DNA of 64,000 bases from positions 14,852-78,851 of the forward strand of contig JBJKQO010000027.1 of the NCBI GenBank assembly GCA_046705145.1, read 5' to 3'. Both the position numbers and the translations under genes were made by a program. This stretch comes from Candidatus Woesearchaeota archaeon (GTDB lineage: Archaea; Nanobdellota; Nanobdellia; Woesearchaeales; JBJKQO01). Position 1 is the first letter of the stretch, and every line of letters starts with the position of its first letter. Positions 47,689-57,063 of the stretch are shown here, piece by piece. The notes under the pieces were generated by a model that had not been told where the DNA came from, searched no databases, and saw only the letters and a program-made list of their open reading frames with translations.

Positions 47689-47765
47689 GGTATAATCAGG
47701 ACTTAAAGATGGTATTTAAAGCTATGCTATAGGGTATCCTGTAAAAATAGGGTGTTCTCCTTGAT

Positions 47766-48797
47766 CTATCTTATGCTGTCAAGAACTCCATGAGCGTCAA
47801 GAGCATGGGATAGCTCTTCAAGCTCTTTCCATCTGCTTCCTGCCCTTGCCATGAACTTTGACCTGAGGTAGTCTTTTTCGGTGTTTTCAACCCTTGCAAG
47901 CCTGTCTGCTTCTATGAGGCCGTAAGGATATCCGAAGAAGACAGGGTCAGTTGAGTTTGCCGCTATCTTTCCTGCGGCTTCTTTTGCCTCTTTTACTGGC
48001 GTTTCATGGAACTCGAGCATGAATACGTACTTTGATGATGGGTGCAGCTTTGCAAAAAATATGTCTGCTTTTCTTTTTTCATCCTCGAATTCTGCCACAG
48101 GCGAGTATATCCAGGCTCCTTTCGGAGCGATCTTTGCAAGTGCGGATGAAAAAGGGAATCCCTTGTCTGTCATGAGCCTTGATGTCTTTGACAGCCCGCA
48201 GACCATTACTTTTCCTGCTGCTGCCTGCTCGTAGAGGTTTTCCATCTTTTCTTTCTCACCTGTGTAATTGCACTGCAAAGAGCCGTCAAGGACCACGATA
48301 TCTCCTTCATCTAGCTCTGATGCTGTCTCTGCTCCAAGCGCTATCTCAAGAAACCTTCTTGCTATCCCCGCTGCCTTTGATATCTCTGCCCTGTTGTTGC
48401 CTTCTGTCATCGTCTTGTCATAAGGATCAAAGGTTATCGGTTCTATCTTCTCTTTTTCTGAGAAGAACTCTGCCTTGAATGTTATGCCTTTCTCATCTCC
48501 CTGTGCGCTCACAAGGCATATGATCTCCTTTCTTTTTGAGATCTCCCTTCTTGTGCCTCTGTAGACCGAAACTGCCACCCTTAATGCCTGAAGCGATATG
48601 TTTGGGGCTGAGAATATCTCTGCGTTTCCGCCGTCAACAAAAGCTATGCGGGAACTGCTGTCAGGGATGCTTAGCCCTGTGAAATTGTCTTCGCTTATCT
48701 CAACAGGATTATACCTTTTGTCAGAAAACTCTGCTCTGCTTCCTGTGTCAAGCTTGTCTATGCTTTTTAGTATCCTGTCAAATATCTTCGGGTCCAT
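47766..48797 (-). CDS. NurA-like nuclease-domain protein (orphan; no adjacent herA)
   Basis: 343 aa. RIAFVDGGN near residue 55 and IVVLDGSL motifs resemble NurA RNase-H-like catalytic Asp motifs. Length matches NurA. Confidence 0.4.
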   Translation of the reverse strand: MDPKIFDRILKSIDKLDTGSRAEFSDKRYNPVEISEDNFTGLSIPDSSSRIAFVDGGNAEIFSAPNISLQALRVAVSVYRGTRREISKRKEIICLVSAQGDEKGITFKAEFFSEKEKIEPITFDPYDKTMTEGNNRAEISKAAGIARRFLEIALGAETASELDEGDIVVLDGSLQCNYTGEKEKMENLYEQAAAGKVMVCGLSKTSRLMTDKGFPFSSALAKIAPKGAWIYSPVAEFEDEKRKADIFFAKLHPSSKYVFMLEFHETPVKEAKEAAGKIAANSTDPVFFGYPYGLIEADRLARVENTEKDYLRSKFMARAGSRWKELEELSHALDAHGVLDSIR

Positions 48798-49718
48798 CTA
48801 CCAGCCCTTCTTAGCATTTGTGTTTTCCGGGTCATATTTCCCGATCATGAGGACTAGAACGACTCCAAACGATGCGAGAAGAAGCGCTCCGATGACTGCA
48901 AGCGGAGTCCAGACAAATCCCAGCTCGGGGTGCAGCTTGCCTACAAGAAATACCTGTTCTCCTGGAACTCTCAAGGCTCCGAGCATGAGGCCTATGAGAA
49001 ACAGCATGGTGCTTGAGTGGTGTTTCCTTAAGAGGTATGACATGACCCTTGAGAATACTAGAAGGCCAAGTACTGCTCCGAAAGCAAATGCCAGGACTGT
49101 CATGTATCTTGATGCTATCTCTCTTAAGGAATCAAGCATGAACCTGTACTGTCCGAGCATGAGCAGTATGAATGATCCTGATATCCCTGGAAGGAGCATC
49201 GCGCATATCGCGATGAAGCCGCTAAAGAATATTATAGGAAGTGTGTGGCTCTGAAGCGAGTTGTTCAGGTCTACTATGAGGAAGCTCAGCATGAATCCGA
49301 CGCATCCGAAGAACACTGCTGATGGTGAGAACTTGCCGACTTTCTTGTAGACAAGTTTTATTGATGCCAGGATAAGCCCGAAGAAAAATGAGAATATGAA
49401 TGCAGGATGATTGTCCATAAGGTAGGGTATGATCCTTGATCCGAGAGCAAAAGCTATCATTATGCCAAGCCCAAGAGGGATGAAAAAAGGAAAATCGATA
49501 CGAAATATCTCATTTGATGCTTTTTTTATGTTCCCTTTTAGAAGCGGATTTACAAAGTTTGTTATGTTTTTTATCCCTTCGATAAGCCTTTCATATATCC
49601 CTGTGATAAATGCTATAGTCCCGCCTGACACTCCCGGGACGACGTCTGATGCTCCCATGAGTATCCCTTTGAAGAATATGACTGACTGTTCTTTTAGCCT
49701 TGTCTTTAGCCCTGTCAT
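48798..49718 (-). CDS. DUF368-family membrane protein (polyprenyl-phosphate translocase PopT-like)
   Basis: GILMGASDVVPGVSGGTIAFITG signature near the N-terminus; 8 TM helices. Confidence 0.7.
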   Translation of the reverse strand: MTGLKTRLKEQSVIFFKGILMGASDVVPGVSGGTIAFITGIYERLIEGIKNITNFVNPLLKGNIKKASNEIFRIDFPFFIPLGLGIMIAFALGSRIIPYLMDNHPAFIFSFFFGLILASIKLVYKKVGKFSPSAVFFGCVGFMLSFLIVDLNNSLQSHTLPIIFFSGFIAICAMLLPGISGSFILLMLGQYRFMLDSLREIASRYMTVLAFAFGAVLGLLVFSRVMSYLLRKHHSSTMLFLIGLMLGALRVPGEQVFLVGKLHPELGFVWTPLAVIGALLLASFGVVLVLMIGKYDPENTNAKKGW

Positions 49719-50953
49719 CTGAGCCTTGCCCCCTTTATCTTTTCCTTCACGTAGCTGCTCCTAAGCGCGTCAGAAAGAAGGTCTTTTGCGCTTGTGTATT
49801 TCCTCTTGATGTCTACCACAAGAAATTTTCCTTCTGCTCTCGCTTCAGGATACTTCTCCTTGAACCTTTGTGCGTGCTTGTCATTTCTTAGTGGCGGGCC
49901 AAGCCACTTCTTGTGCTGGGAAAGGGTGTCCTTGTCAAGTATGTACCAGAAGAATGCCTTTTCTTTCTTGTCCCATTCCCATCCTGAATCCAGGACCAAA
50001 AAGTCGTTTAGTATCGCCTGCTTCCTCAGGTAGTCATACGCCTTAAGAAGCTTGCTTCCTTCCACGTCCTGCTTGCCTTCTCCGGGTATGGCATCTATTA
50101 TGAATATGTGTTTTCCTTTGGCTTTTTCCTTTAGGTCTTTTATGCTTGTCTTCTTCTTTATGAAGAATGATTCTTTTGGTTCTCTTAAGAACTGCTCAGC
50201 CTTAAGGACAAGCTTGTTGAATTTCTCCACTCCAAGGGCTGCTGCTGCGTTCCTTCCTTTTTGGACCGGGTCTATGACTATTATCGGGCTTTGGAGCTTT
50301 GACTCGTTTAGCTCCCTCATCACGTTTGAATGATGCTTTTCTATGTCAAATACCTGGCCCATCTTCCACCTGGGAACTGAGCTTATGAACCTGTTAAAGC
50401 CGCCATGCGAGATCACAAGTATCTCTAACACATAACCTGAAAATCCCCTGAGGTATGATTCTGCTCCGTATACGTCCTGCGCCTTGCAGAAAGCCTTGGC
50501 AAGCCTTATGTCATCGTGGTATTTGCGGTGCTTCCTGACCCAGGATGCGTGAAGCGGGCTCATGTCAGTTATGTTTTCTGCCTGGCTGGAGTTTTTTATC
50601 TCAAGGACTGGTATTATCTCAAAGAGAACCCCTCTGAATGTCTTCTGGAAGTAGTCCCTACTTCCGTGGACCTTCTCAAATGTCTTAAAGCTTGTGCTTA
50701 GCTTCTTGAAAAGGGCCAAGCTTATGTCCTTTCCCTTGAACTTGTCATAGTCAAACCTTATGAATATGTCAACATCGACGTTTCCCCTAAGCCATGTCCC
50801 TTTGGCATAGCTTCCTCCAACGACTATCTCAGCATCAGGCTTCACTGCCTTGTCAAGCCTTGAGAGAAAAGCGTCAACTATGTCATTTAGCTCTGCCTGC
50901 TCCTTTGCAGAAGGCTTGACTGTCTTTAGCGCTTTTGCAAGCACTGTATTCAT
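49715..50953 (-). CDS. cca: CCA-adding enzyme (archaeal class I tRNA nucleotidyltransferase)
   Basis: GGSYAKGTWLRGNVDVDIFI nucleotidyltransferase motif; length about 410 aa. Start at ATG 50953 (MNTVLAK); the tracked ORF extends to 51034. Confidence 0.8.
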   Translation of the reverse strand: MNTVLAKALKTVKPSAKEQAELNDIVDAFLSRLDKAVKPDAEIVVGGSYAKGTWLRGNVDVDIFIRFDYDKFKGKDISLALFKKLSTSFKTFEKVHGSRDYFQKTFRGVLFEIIPVLEIKNSSQAENITDMSPLHASWVRKHRKYHDDIRLAKAFCKAQDVYGAESYLRGFSGYVLEILVISHGGFNRFISSVPRWKMGQVFDIEKHHSNVMRELNESKLQSPIIVIDPVQKGRNAAAALGVEKFNKLVLKAEQFLREPKESFFIKKKTSIKDLKEKAKGKHIFIIDAIPGEGKQDVEGSKLLKAYDYLRKQAILNDFLVLDSGWEWDKKEKAFFWYILDKDTLSQHKKWLGPPLRNDKHAQRFKEKYPEARAEGKFLVVDIKRKYTSAKDLLSDALRSSYVKEKIKGARLR

Positions 50954-51059
50954 GCTGTTCGTGTCACCCATATCCTCAGATGAAAGAAAACTGACAGTTA
51001 AAAATGTTTGGGTTTTTGGTGGGCTTATCCACAAGATAGAATATCTTCTTCACTCATAT

Positions 51060-51214
51060 ATTAAAGTTAACTCAACTGCGTTTCGTAACGTTGCGATACT
51101 ATTCATATCGCAACGTCTCCTCAAACTTGGTTTTCGGGACTCTACAATACTCGCTTTACTCGTATCGTAGAGCATTCTCAAAGCTTCGCTTTTCCTAGCC
51201 TCGCGTTACTCATT
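51060..51214. other. cluster of three imperfect hairpins in the cca / ABC-permease intergenic region
   Basis: CGTTGCGATA-ctattcat-ATCGCAACG, then CTCTACAATACTCG..CGTATCGTAGAG, then CGCGTTAC..TAACGCAAG, with a recurring TTACTC motif. Confidence 0.3.
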
Positions 51215-52456
51215 TCATTCATAACGCAAGGCATCCACAGGCTTAAGCTTGCTTGCCTGCCATGCTGGGACTGCTCCTGCTGCCATGCCGATAAATACTG
51301 ATATGGCAAGCGCCATTAGGATCAGCTTCATGCTTAGGACTCCTCCTGATCCAAACATCCTAAACATCCCTCCTGTGCTTCCCATAAGGGATGGTAAGAC
51401 TCCTGATAGCACTATGCCAAGTATTATGCCTAAGAACCCTCCTATGAACCCGATAAGTGCTGCGTTAAGGAGGAATATCTTGAGTATGTCGTTGTTTCTT
51501 GCGCCTATCGCCTTCATTATCCCTATCTCTTTTGTCTTCTCTATCACTGAAGTGAACATAGAGTTTGCTATGCCTACTGCACCTACAAGAAGTGCAACTG
51601 CTGCTATCGCTGTAAGGAATGTTGTGAGGGAGCTTGTCATCTGCGCCCTTTGAGCCTGTCTTTCCTTGTTTGAGGATATCGAAAAATCAACTTTTTTCCC
51701 TATGACATGCCTTTTTATCGAAAGCTTTTCTGTTATTGTTGCCATGGTAGTGTCAAGCTGGTTCTCATCCTTGACCTTGATTATTATGGTGTCATATACC
51801 CCTTTTGTCTTGTCTGAAAGCAGAGTGTATGCATCGTCTATCGGCATATAGACCGAGCTTGAGTCGTCATCAAGAATGCCTACTATCCTGTAAAGCTTGT
51901 CGCCTATCGTTATCATCTGGTTTACTCCGAGCTGCACTCCAAAAAAGCTTGATGCAAACCTTCCTCCGACAACTATAACCCCTGCATCTGCAGGGCCAAG
52001 AAGCCTTCCTGAAGATGTTTTTGATGTCGTTATCTGGTACCATGAAGCAGGATCGACTCCTGTTACTGAGACTGATCCTTTTTTTGCAAGATAATATGCG
52101 TCTGCGCTGCCGCTTATCTGCGTGTCTATAACTTTTATGTCACTTATTCCCCTTAATACCTGAAGGTCTGTCTTGTCAAGCACGACCTCATCTTTTGATG
52201 CTGAACTTGTGCTCCCAAATCCTCCTTCTCCTGGCCCAAACCTTCCTGCTCTTGATGCTCCTGCCCTCAAGGTAAGAAGGTCTCCTCCAAGCTGGCCCAG
52301 TTGGTCGTTCATCTCCTGCTTAAGGCCTTCTCCGATAGCTACTATCGCAACAACAGCCCCAACACCTATGACTATACCAAGGATGGTAAGCCAGCTTCTT
52401 ATCTTGCTGTTTAGCACCATCTTGAGCGCATGCTTGAAAGATTTGGAAAGTTTCAT
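51215..52456 (-). CDS. ABC transporter permease, FtsX/MacB-like
   Basis: 413 aa. N-terminal TM, large extracytoplasmic loop, three C-terminal TM helices. Confidence 0.8.
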   Translation of the reverse strand: MKLSKSFKHALKMVLNSKIRSWLTILGIVIGVGAVVAIVAIGEGLKQEMNDQLGQLGGDLLTLRAGASRAGRFGPGEGGFGSTSSASKDEVVLDKTDLQVLRGISDIKVIDTQISGSADAYYLAKKGSVSVTGVDPASWYQITTSKTSSGRLLGPADAGVIVVGGRFASSFFGVQLGVNQMITIGDKLYRIVGILDDDSSSVYMPIDDAYTLLSDKTKGVYDTIIIKVKDENQLDTTMATITEKLSIKRHVIGKKVDFSISSNKERQAQRAQMTSSLTTFLTAIAAVALLVGAVGIANSMFTSVIEKTKEIGIMKAIGARNNDILKIFLLNAALIGFIGGFLGIILGIVLSGVLPSLMGSTGGMFRMFGSGGVLSMKLILMALAISVFIGMAAGAVPAWQASKLKPVDALRYE

Positions 52457-52502
52457 TTATTTTACCTTCTGATCGCCTTTATCACTTGGCATGATCCTCT
52501 TC

Positions 52503-53945
52503 TTATTTCTTCTGCTTTTTCTTCCTTGACTTAAACAGTTCCTTTACAGCCTTGCTGTAGGTATATCCTGGATCGTCGAGCTTGCCGCTCTTGTATCTTA
52601 TGTGCACAAATACGAGTGCAGCTACAAGCAATACCCCTATTATGTACCATTTGTAATTTGTCCATATCTGCTGGTAAACTGGTTGTGTCTGTCTTCTTCC
52701 TGCAAAACCGTTTGCTCCGCTATATGATGTTGAGTTTGACATGCCTGAAGACATCTCTATCGGCACTTCTTTTTCTATCGTGTTCCTGTTTCCTCTGGAA
52801 TCGGTGTATATTATATCTACCTTCACAGTTGAGCTTCTGCTTGCCTGAGATCCTGCTGTCTGGTTCCTTGTCCTCTGGTATCCTGATGCTCCTGCTGATT
52901 GGGTGTCTGTTGATGAAGGGTTCTGCTGGAATCCTGAAGTCCCTCCAGTCTGCTGCAATGAGAAACTTGCTATCGTGTAGTCTCCTTCATTCAAATTTCC
53001 TATTATTGCTGAGCTGCTTCCGCTGACTCTCCATCCTGACTGTTGTGGTATGCTTACAGTGACAGAGCTTGCAGATACGCTTCCGATGTTTGCGACTGAA
53101 AATGATGCCTGGCCGCTTGATGTTCCTGAGTAAGCGACGTCAAAGTCTGTAGCTCCTCCGACGTATATTCCTGCTTTCGTGTCTATCTCTTTTTCTGTTC
53201 CTGTGGTGGAGTCGCTGTATGTAAGCTTGAGGTCAAGCTTGTACAGGTCAGGGTCTGCGTTTGCGCTTGCTATAACATTGAAGTTAAGCTCTGCGCTGTC
53301 TCCGACATCTATGAACTTTATGTATTTTGAGTTGTCAGAACCTACAGGAAGGATTATGTCATCTGAGTTCTCCCATTCAAACGTGAGGTCCCTAAGAGGG
53401 CTTGATCCCACATTATTTACTGTGAATGTCATAGGAGTTATCTTTCCCGGGACCAGCTCTACCTGGTCTATATATACTATCTCTGCACTTTCCTTGTTCT
53501 CAACATCTACTGATATTGTCTGTTCAGAGACAGTCTCTGGCTTTGCCTTCTCATATGCCTTTATCTTAAATGTGTATGTTCCTGCTGTTACAGAATTAGC
53601 AACCATCAGCTTGAACTTGACTATCTTCATGTCTGAATCGTACTGGAATGCTTTTATCGCGCCGACATCGATAGTTGACTTGTCACCTTCTACTATAGAA
53701 AAGGGGTATGAGGGTACGATCTCAAGCACAAGGTCGTCTACCTGAACTCCTCCTCTGTTTTCTACGCCAAGCCTTATCTCTACCGTATTTCCGCCTGACG
53801 CAGGATCAGGGTCCTGGTTGACAAGGCTTAAAGAGAGCGCCTTGCTGTCGCTTAGCGATCCCAGTACTAATGATGAAAAAAGCACCATCACAATCAATAA
53901 GATACCTGATAATATTATCTTTCTCATTTTGTTTTCCTCCTTCAC
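52503..53945 (-). CDS. secreted CARDB/Ig-like repeat protein with a C-terminal TM anchor (accessory component of the ABC unit)
   Basis: Signal peptide; beta-rich repeats (FTVNNVGSSPLRDLTFEW); Ser/Thr/Gly-rich linker; C-terminal TM. Confidence 0.5.
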   Translation of the reverse strand: MKEENKMRKIILSGILLIVMVLFSSLVLGSLSDSKALSLSLVNQDPDPASGGNTVEIRLGVENRGGVQVDDLVLEIVPSYPFSIVEGDKSTIDVGAIKAFQYDSDMKIVKFKLMVANSVTAGTYTFKIKAYEKAKPETVSEQTISVDVENKESAEIVYIDQVELVPGKITPMTFTVNNVGSSPLRDLTFEWENSDDIILPVGSDNSKYIKFIDVGDSAELNFNVIASANADPDLYKLDLKLTYSDSTTGTEKEIDTKAGIYVGGATDFDVAYSGTSSGQASFSVANIGSVSASSVTVSIPQQSGWRVSGSSSAIIGNLNEGDYTIASFSLQQTGGTSGFQQNPSSTDTQSAGASGYQRTRNQTAGSQASRSSTVKVDIIYTDSRGNRNTIEKEVPIEMSSGMSNSTSYSGANGFAGRRQTQPVYQQIWTNYKWYIIGVLLVAALVFVHIRYKSGKLDDPGYTYSKAVKELFKSRKKKQKK

Positions 53946-54670
53946 GATTTTTTCTCGATCTTAAGTATATTTCCGTCTTTAAGTTCTATCACTGTATGAG
54001 CATATTTTGCAAGGTTAAGGTCATGGGTTACCATGATTATTGTCTTTCCTTCTTCCTGCCATAGCCGCTTTAGCATCTCAAGGATCTCTTTTCCTGTGAC
54101 TGAGTCAAGCGCTCCTGTGGGCTCGTCTGCAAGTATTATCTCAGGATCTCCGACAAGGCTTCTTGCGATCGATACCCTTTGCTGCTGGCCTCCTGAAAGC
54201 TGCGATGGCAGGTGGTGTGTCTTGTCAGAAAGCCCGACTATGTCCAGGATCTTTTTTGCCTTGGTATATGCCTGCGAGTCATCCATCTCCTGGAATTCAA
54301 GAGGTAATAGCACGTTCTCAAAGGCAGTCATGGAGGGTATCAGGTTGTACTGCTGGAATATGAACCCTATCGTCTTTCCGCGAAACGATGCCAGGTTTGA
54401 CTCGCCAAGCGCGCTTATGTCATGTGATTTCAGAAATATCTTGCCCTTTGAGGGTATGTCAAGGCATCCTATCAGGTTCATCATTGTCGACTTTCCTGAG
54501 CCTGATGCCCCTATTATCGCGACAAAATCTCCCTTTCTTATATCGACACTTACTCCTCTAAGTGCAGGAACCTCAACTTCTCCCATCTTATAGATTTTCC
54601 ATACATTATCAAGCTTCAATAGGATCTCAGCTTGTTTTTGGGAGACCTGTTGAGTTTTTTGTTTTGCCAT
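53942..54670 (-). CDS. ABC transporter ATP-binding protein (MacB/LolD-like)
   Basis: Walker A GASGSGKST, signature LSGGQQQRVSIARSL, Walker B IILADEPT. Confidence 0.9.
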   Translation of the reverse strand: MAKQKTQQVSQKQAEILLKLDNVWKIYKMGEVEVPALRGVSVDIRKGDFVAIIGASGSGKSTMMNLIGCLDIPSKGKIFLKSHDISALGESNLASFRGKTIGFIFQQYNLIPSMTAFENVLLPLEFQEMDDSQAYTKAKKILDIVGLSDKTHHLPSQLSGGQQQRVSIARSLVGDPEIILADEPTGALDSVTGKEILEMLKRLWQEEGKTIIMVTHDLNLAKYAHTVIELKDGNILKIEKKS

Positions 54671-54688
54671 CTAAATGATACCTCTTTT

Positions 54689-55150
54689 TTAGCTTGTCTG
54701 CTCCGCAGGCACAGCCTCTCCCTGAGGGGCGCCTGTCCTTTGCTGCGTGCCATCCCACTCTGGCCTGCATGATAGTATGTTGTTTTCAGACAGCCTGCAT
54801 GTTCCTTTCATATCTCCTCTGTCAGAAGAGACTGTGCAGGAATCATCTTCGCTCTTGTCCTGGCAGGCTTCCTGGAACAGTTTTTGCATCTCTTCAGACA
54901 TTATCTGCCTTGGTTCACGGGTTTGATTTGTAGAGTTATTAAACCTTTGCCTTGCTCTTCCTTCCTGGCTAGGGGTTTGGCCGTCTGGAGAGGGGCCTGT
55001 GGTGCCTGAGGCTCCCTCTCCATCAGCTCTTACGTTTTGGTTGCTCGTTGGGGTGGTGGGTATACCAGCGCTTTGGCTGCAACCTGAGATGAAAAAAGAT
55101 CCAAATACGAGTACACATAATGCCACTGCAATTGTTAGTGTGGTTCTCAT
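54689..55150 (-). CDS. putative lipoprotein, low complexity
   Basis: MRTTLTIAVALCVLVFGSFFISGC lipobox-like N-terminus. Start taken at the internal ATG 55150. Confidence 0.45.
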   Translation of the reverse strand: MRTTLTIAVALCVLVFGSFFISGCSQSAGIPTTPTSNQNVRADGEGASGTTGPSPDGQTPSQEGRARQRFNNSTNQTREPRQIMSEEMQKLFQEACQDKSEDDSCTVSSDRGDMKGTCRLSENNILSCRPEWDGTQQRTGAPQGEAVPAEQTS

Positions 55151-55269
55151 CCTTATTGACCTCCTTGATATGTTGCTTTTTTCCGTTTTAACTGTGATTA
55201 TGAGTTTTGGATGTTGTCTATTTATAAGCAAAGTGGATGACAAGTCCATCTATCGATCTGATCTAAAAA

Positions 55270-55480
55270 AATAAAAAAAATTGGCTAATTACTATTATTA
55301 GCTCGCCTATCTCCGACCTAAAGGTCGGAGTATTACGGCTCGCTAATCTTGTTAGCCAATTTTTGGAATAGCAAAGTCGAGCCTGTATCAAAAAACGAAG
55401 TTTTTTGAAATGCTCGGTAAGCTTTGCTTACCGACATATCTACAACCTAAAGGAAATAGTATTAGGCTCGACTTTTCTAT
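55270..55480 (+). repeat. Family-1 nested-palindrome element, copy B (with long variable tail)
   Basis: Core AAAAATTGGCTAATTACTATTATTAGCTCGCCTATCTCCGACCTAAAGGTCGGAGTATTACGGCTCGCTAATCTTGTTAGCCAATTTTTGG. Variable module AGTCGAGCC..CGGTAAGCTTTGCTTACCG..GGCTCGACT. Ends TTTTCTAT. Confidence 0.7.
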
Positions 55481-55506
55481 AAAAAAATAAAAAATGTTGG
55501 TGTGGT

Positions 55507-56043
55507 TTAGTCTTGTTCAGCCTGAGATGCTGGTCCTCTTCCTTCCATCCCATGATCTCTCATGCCCATCCCTGGACCGCCGAAGCCCATACCTATAGGA
55601 GTGTCAAGGCCAATCTCTTCTGAAAGAGTTTTTGCGGTGTCAAAGTCTTTTTCAGCCATTGCGTTGTGCATCTCAACAAATGTGGCGAAGTTATCCTCTG
55701 TTATGACCTCTTTTAGCTTGTCAGCCATTGGGCTTCCTTCTATCGCTGCAAGCCATGCGTCATAGTCTCCTGCACTTATCGCATCTTCCACAGCCTGTCT
55801 TTTCTCTTCCATCTGAGCCCTGTTTTGCTCTCTTTCCTGGTATCTTGATACCTCATCTGAGAACTGGGTCTCATTCATCATGTTTGCGGTGTATGCTGTC
55901 TTGTAGGCTTCGTAGTCTCCTGCACTTATCGCTGACCTTATGTTTTCGCCTTTACCGTTTCCGAATGGAAAAGCGAAAGCTCCAGCAGCGACAAGCCCTA
56001 CCAGAAGAAGGGCTAACGTCCCTATCATTGCTGTTTTCTTCAT
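55507..56043 (-). CDS. secreted protein with tandem AISAGDY(E/D)A(Y/W) repeats, hypothetical
   Basis: Signal peptide (MKKTAMIGTLALLLVGLVAAGAFA). Two ~50-aa internal repeats. Gly/Met-rich C-terminus. Bracketed by family-1 copies B and C. Confidence 0.5.
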   Translation of the reverse strand: MKKTAMIGTLALLLVGLVAAGAFAFPFGNGKGENIRSAISAGDYEAYKTAYTANMMNETQFSDEVSRYQEREQNRAQMEEKRQAVEDAISAGDYDAWLAAIEGSPMADKLKEVITEDNFATFVEMHNAMAEKDFDTAKTLSEEIGLDTPIGMGFGGPGMGMRDHGMEGRGPASQAEQD

Positions 56044-56193
56044 TTTTGGTTTACCTCCAAATGTTTATGAAAAGATGGGGCGCTTCCGTAATATTTAAAT
56101 AAGAAGAAGCACAGATGTACACTTTAGGTCCATATTGTTTATATATGATATAGGCAATCCTAAGATCATATAATATATTATTAATAACAAAAA

Positions 56194-56346
56194 TTGGCTA
56201 ATTACCAATATTAGCTCGCCTATCTCCGACCTAAAGGTCGGAGTTTTACGGCTCGCTAATCTTGTTAGCCAATTTTTGGGATAGAAAATTTCGACATAAA
56301 TGTCGGGGTTTTAAACCCCCTGAAAATTTCTAGTCGAAATTTTCTA
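56194..56346 (+). repeat. Family-1 nested-palindrome element, copy C
   Basis: Same core as copy B (differs by 2-3 nt). Variable module ATAGAAAATTTCGAC..GGGGTTTTAAACCCC..GTCGAAATTTTCTAT. Confidence 0.7.
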
Positions 56347-56385
56347 TAAAATTAAAAATAAATTTAGAATATCAAAGGTGAAAAA

Positions 56386-57063
56386 ATGCCTCCACCCCCC
56401 TTTTTTGACCCGCTAAGGTTCGGGACAGAGCTTGCGTACACGATAGTAGTCGTGTTCTCATGCTTCTTGATATATTTCAAGACTAAAGAGACCTATTCTT
56501 TGACTAAGCATCTTGGTATCAAGTACTTCAGGAACGCGTTTTTGTTCTTCGGGCTTTCTTATGCTTTGAGGCTTGTGTTTAGCATTGCACGGTTTTCGGG
56601 TATGGTCTTTAACTGGCATTTTTTTAGCCCTGGCCCTTCTCCGATCCTGCTGCTTACCATGAGCTACCTGAGCACGATAGGGATATTCTATCTCCTGTTC
56701 AGTTCTGTCGGCAAAAGGCTGAGAGAAAGGATGGACAACAAGTATCTTATCGCGTTTAGTCATGTCATTGCATTTGTCCTTGCAGCAGGAACTTTTGTCA
56801 CAAGGTCTCATGAGATCCTTCTTTACATACAGTCGCTTTTGCTTTTGGTCGTGCTGGTGTTCAGCTTTGTTACGCATAAGAAGCAGAAGAAGATATCTCC
56901 TATCAAGGTGCTTTACATACTTATCTCTGTGTTTTGGTTGATAAACCTTTGGGCGATAGCTCCTGGATGGATGTTTCCGTTTGAGGTCAAGATATTGTTC
57001 CAGATGATATCGGCGGTAGTTTTTGTCGTCATGTATTTTAGGGTTTCCAAGTGGGTAAAATGA
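56386..57063 (+). CDS. integral membrane protein, hypothetical
   Basis: 225 aa with 6-7 TM helices. Overlaps the downstream wHTH gene by 13 nt. Confidence 0.45.
   Translation: MPPPPFFDPLRFGTELAYTIVVVFSCFLIYFKTKETYSLTKHLGIKYFRNAFLFFGLSYALRLVFSIARFSGMVFNWHFFSPGPSPILLLTMSYLSTIGIFYLLFSSVGKRLRERMDNKYLIAFSHVIAFVLAAGTFVTRSHEILLYIQSLLLLVVLVFSFVTHKKQKKISPIKVLYILISVFWLINLWAIAPGWMFPFEVKILFQMISAVVFVVMYFRVSKWVK

Noticed and set aside
53179-53745. 188-aa plus-strand ORF
   Set aside because: Antisense to the secreted CARDB-like protein gene; Ser-rich low complexity.
3762-56346. Possible CRISPR array formed by the repeated elements
   Set aside because: The repeats are 100-225 bp, internally palindromic, dispersed over tens of kb and not regularly spaced with unique spacers. 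No cas genes. This is not a CRISPR array.
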